From the NCBI GenBank assembly GCA_964016885.1, contig OZ024755.1, positions 31,930,001-31,994,000 on the forward strand: 64,000 nucleotides of DNA. The letters run 5' to 3'. The stretch is from Eledone cirrhosa. Taxonomy: Eukaryota. Shown piece by piece: positions 63,001-64,000 of the stretch; positions within the stretch are counted from its first letter, which is position 1; every line of letters starts with the position of its first letter. The translations under genes were made by a program, and so were the position numbers. The notes under the pieces were generated by a model, which was not told where the DNA came from, made no database searches, and worked only from the letters and a program-made list of their open reading frames with translations.

Positions 63001-63359
63001 TGTTGTGCGGGAGTACGACGACACCCCCCCCCCCCTCCCGTGGGGAGAATGGGCTGGACCACTACATATAAATAGTAGCAGCCCGAGTAAGTGGGGTAGT
63101 TGGAATTCAAGTTCCACAGTTCGTATGTTGATAGTCAAAGTTGGTACTAGTTCGACAGTTCGTATGTTGATAGTCAAAGTTGGTACTAGTTCCACAGTTC
63201 GTGTGTTGATAGTCAAAGTAGGAGTTCAAGTTCACAGTTCGAGTCAGCGTGTTGGATTGTTGGTTCTTAAAAGATTCTTATTCCGTTACGAGTGTTTATT
63301 GCCGTTTGTTTCAATTATATTGTTAATACACTGTTGCATTTATCGATAAGGACATAACA
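63001..63359 (+). mobile_element. Probable solo LTR of an LTR retrotransposon
   Basis: TGTTGTG...CATAACA termini, flanks caccc / catct (degenerate 5-bp TSD), TATA-like tataaatag near 63067, three internal 39-bp repeats (63110-63220), CpG-richer than the background. Confidence 0.65.
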
Positions 63360-63504
63360 CATCTTTAAAATAGGAAGGAAAGAATGAGTAATCTAGTCCT
63401 AGACACAATCACCACAACCACCACCCTCACCATCATCATTTTACATCTGATTTTCCATGTGTGAAAGGGTTGCTTTCATCATCATTATCATCACTGTTTA
63501 TCAT

Positions 63505-63654
63505 CTATGCGTTGACACATAGAGTTATGGCCCTTGCCATTCTGAGTTCAAATCCCGCCGAGGTTAACTTTGCCTTTCATCCTTACGGGGTCGATAAAAT
63601 AAAGTACCAGTAATGTATTGGGCAATTGTTGGCCTTGTGCCTAAAATAGAAACA
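63505..63654 (+). mobile_element. SINE family A
   Basis: 17-bp TSD attatcatcactgttta (63484-63500 / 63655-63671). Confidence 0.88.
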
Positions 63655-63668
63655 ATTATCATCACTGT

Positions 63669-63878
63669 TTAATCTTTTAGCATTTAAACCGGTCATATCT
63701 GGCCAGAATTCTCTCACCGGCCGTAACTGGCCTCTCATACTGACATTAAGGTATTGTTTTCAAAATAAATAACATCCAAATCTCATAGATTTGATATTAT
63801 GTGAGATAATTATGAGGTAAAGCCTTTACCACAAAAGTACAATAGTATGTATAGAGTAATGTAAATACTAAAGGGCTA
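63669..63878 (-). mobile_element. piggyBac-type MITE family 1, reverse orientation
   Basis: Reverse complement of the family body with degenerate TIRs. Confidence 0.85.
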
Positions 63879-64000
63879 CTGTCTATTTTTTCCATGCTTG
63901 CATGGGTTAGACCGGTTGGCCATACCATAAGATAAGTCTGGCCAGCTGGCTGCATTATACTTTGCTCAGATGGAACTTTATGAATGAAAAAATCAACTAG

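Overview
This is AT-rich eukaryotic DNA, not prokaryotic. The repeat families and the channel sequence look like coleoid cephalopod (octopus-like) DNA, which is an inference. The only convincing host gene is the large terminal coding exon of a Shaker/Kv1 voltage-gated K+ channel (splice acceptor AG at 1114-1115; coding 1116-2529, + strand). Its N-terminal exon lies upstream and was not identified here. The remaining ~61 kb is 3'UTR/intergenic DNA packed with repeats: about 18 copies of a ~220-bp piggyBac-type MITE (TTAA/CCCTTTAGCATTTA ends), three or more tRNA-headed SINE families, decayed RTE-clade LINEs, a decayed Penelope-like element, hAT and Tc1/pogo MITEs, a probable solo LTR, and many micro- and minisatellites. 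All other long ORFs in the track are artefacts of these repeats. I found no clearly new protein-coding system. The best leads are a MITE that has captured ~370 bp of another copy's flank, a 16:2 orientation bias of the MITE, ATT-targeted SINE insertions with long or serial target-site duplications (TSDs), a bipartite RTE derivative with an HDV-like ribozyme candidate, (TA)n-centred palindromes, and candidate A-to-I recoding sites in Kv1. All coordinates and counts were read by eye, and family names are from recall, not database searches.
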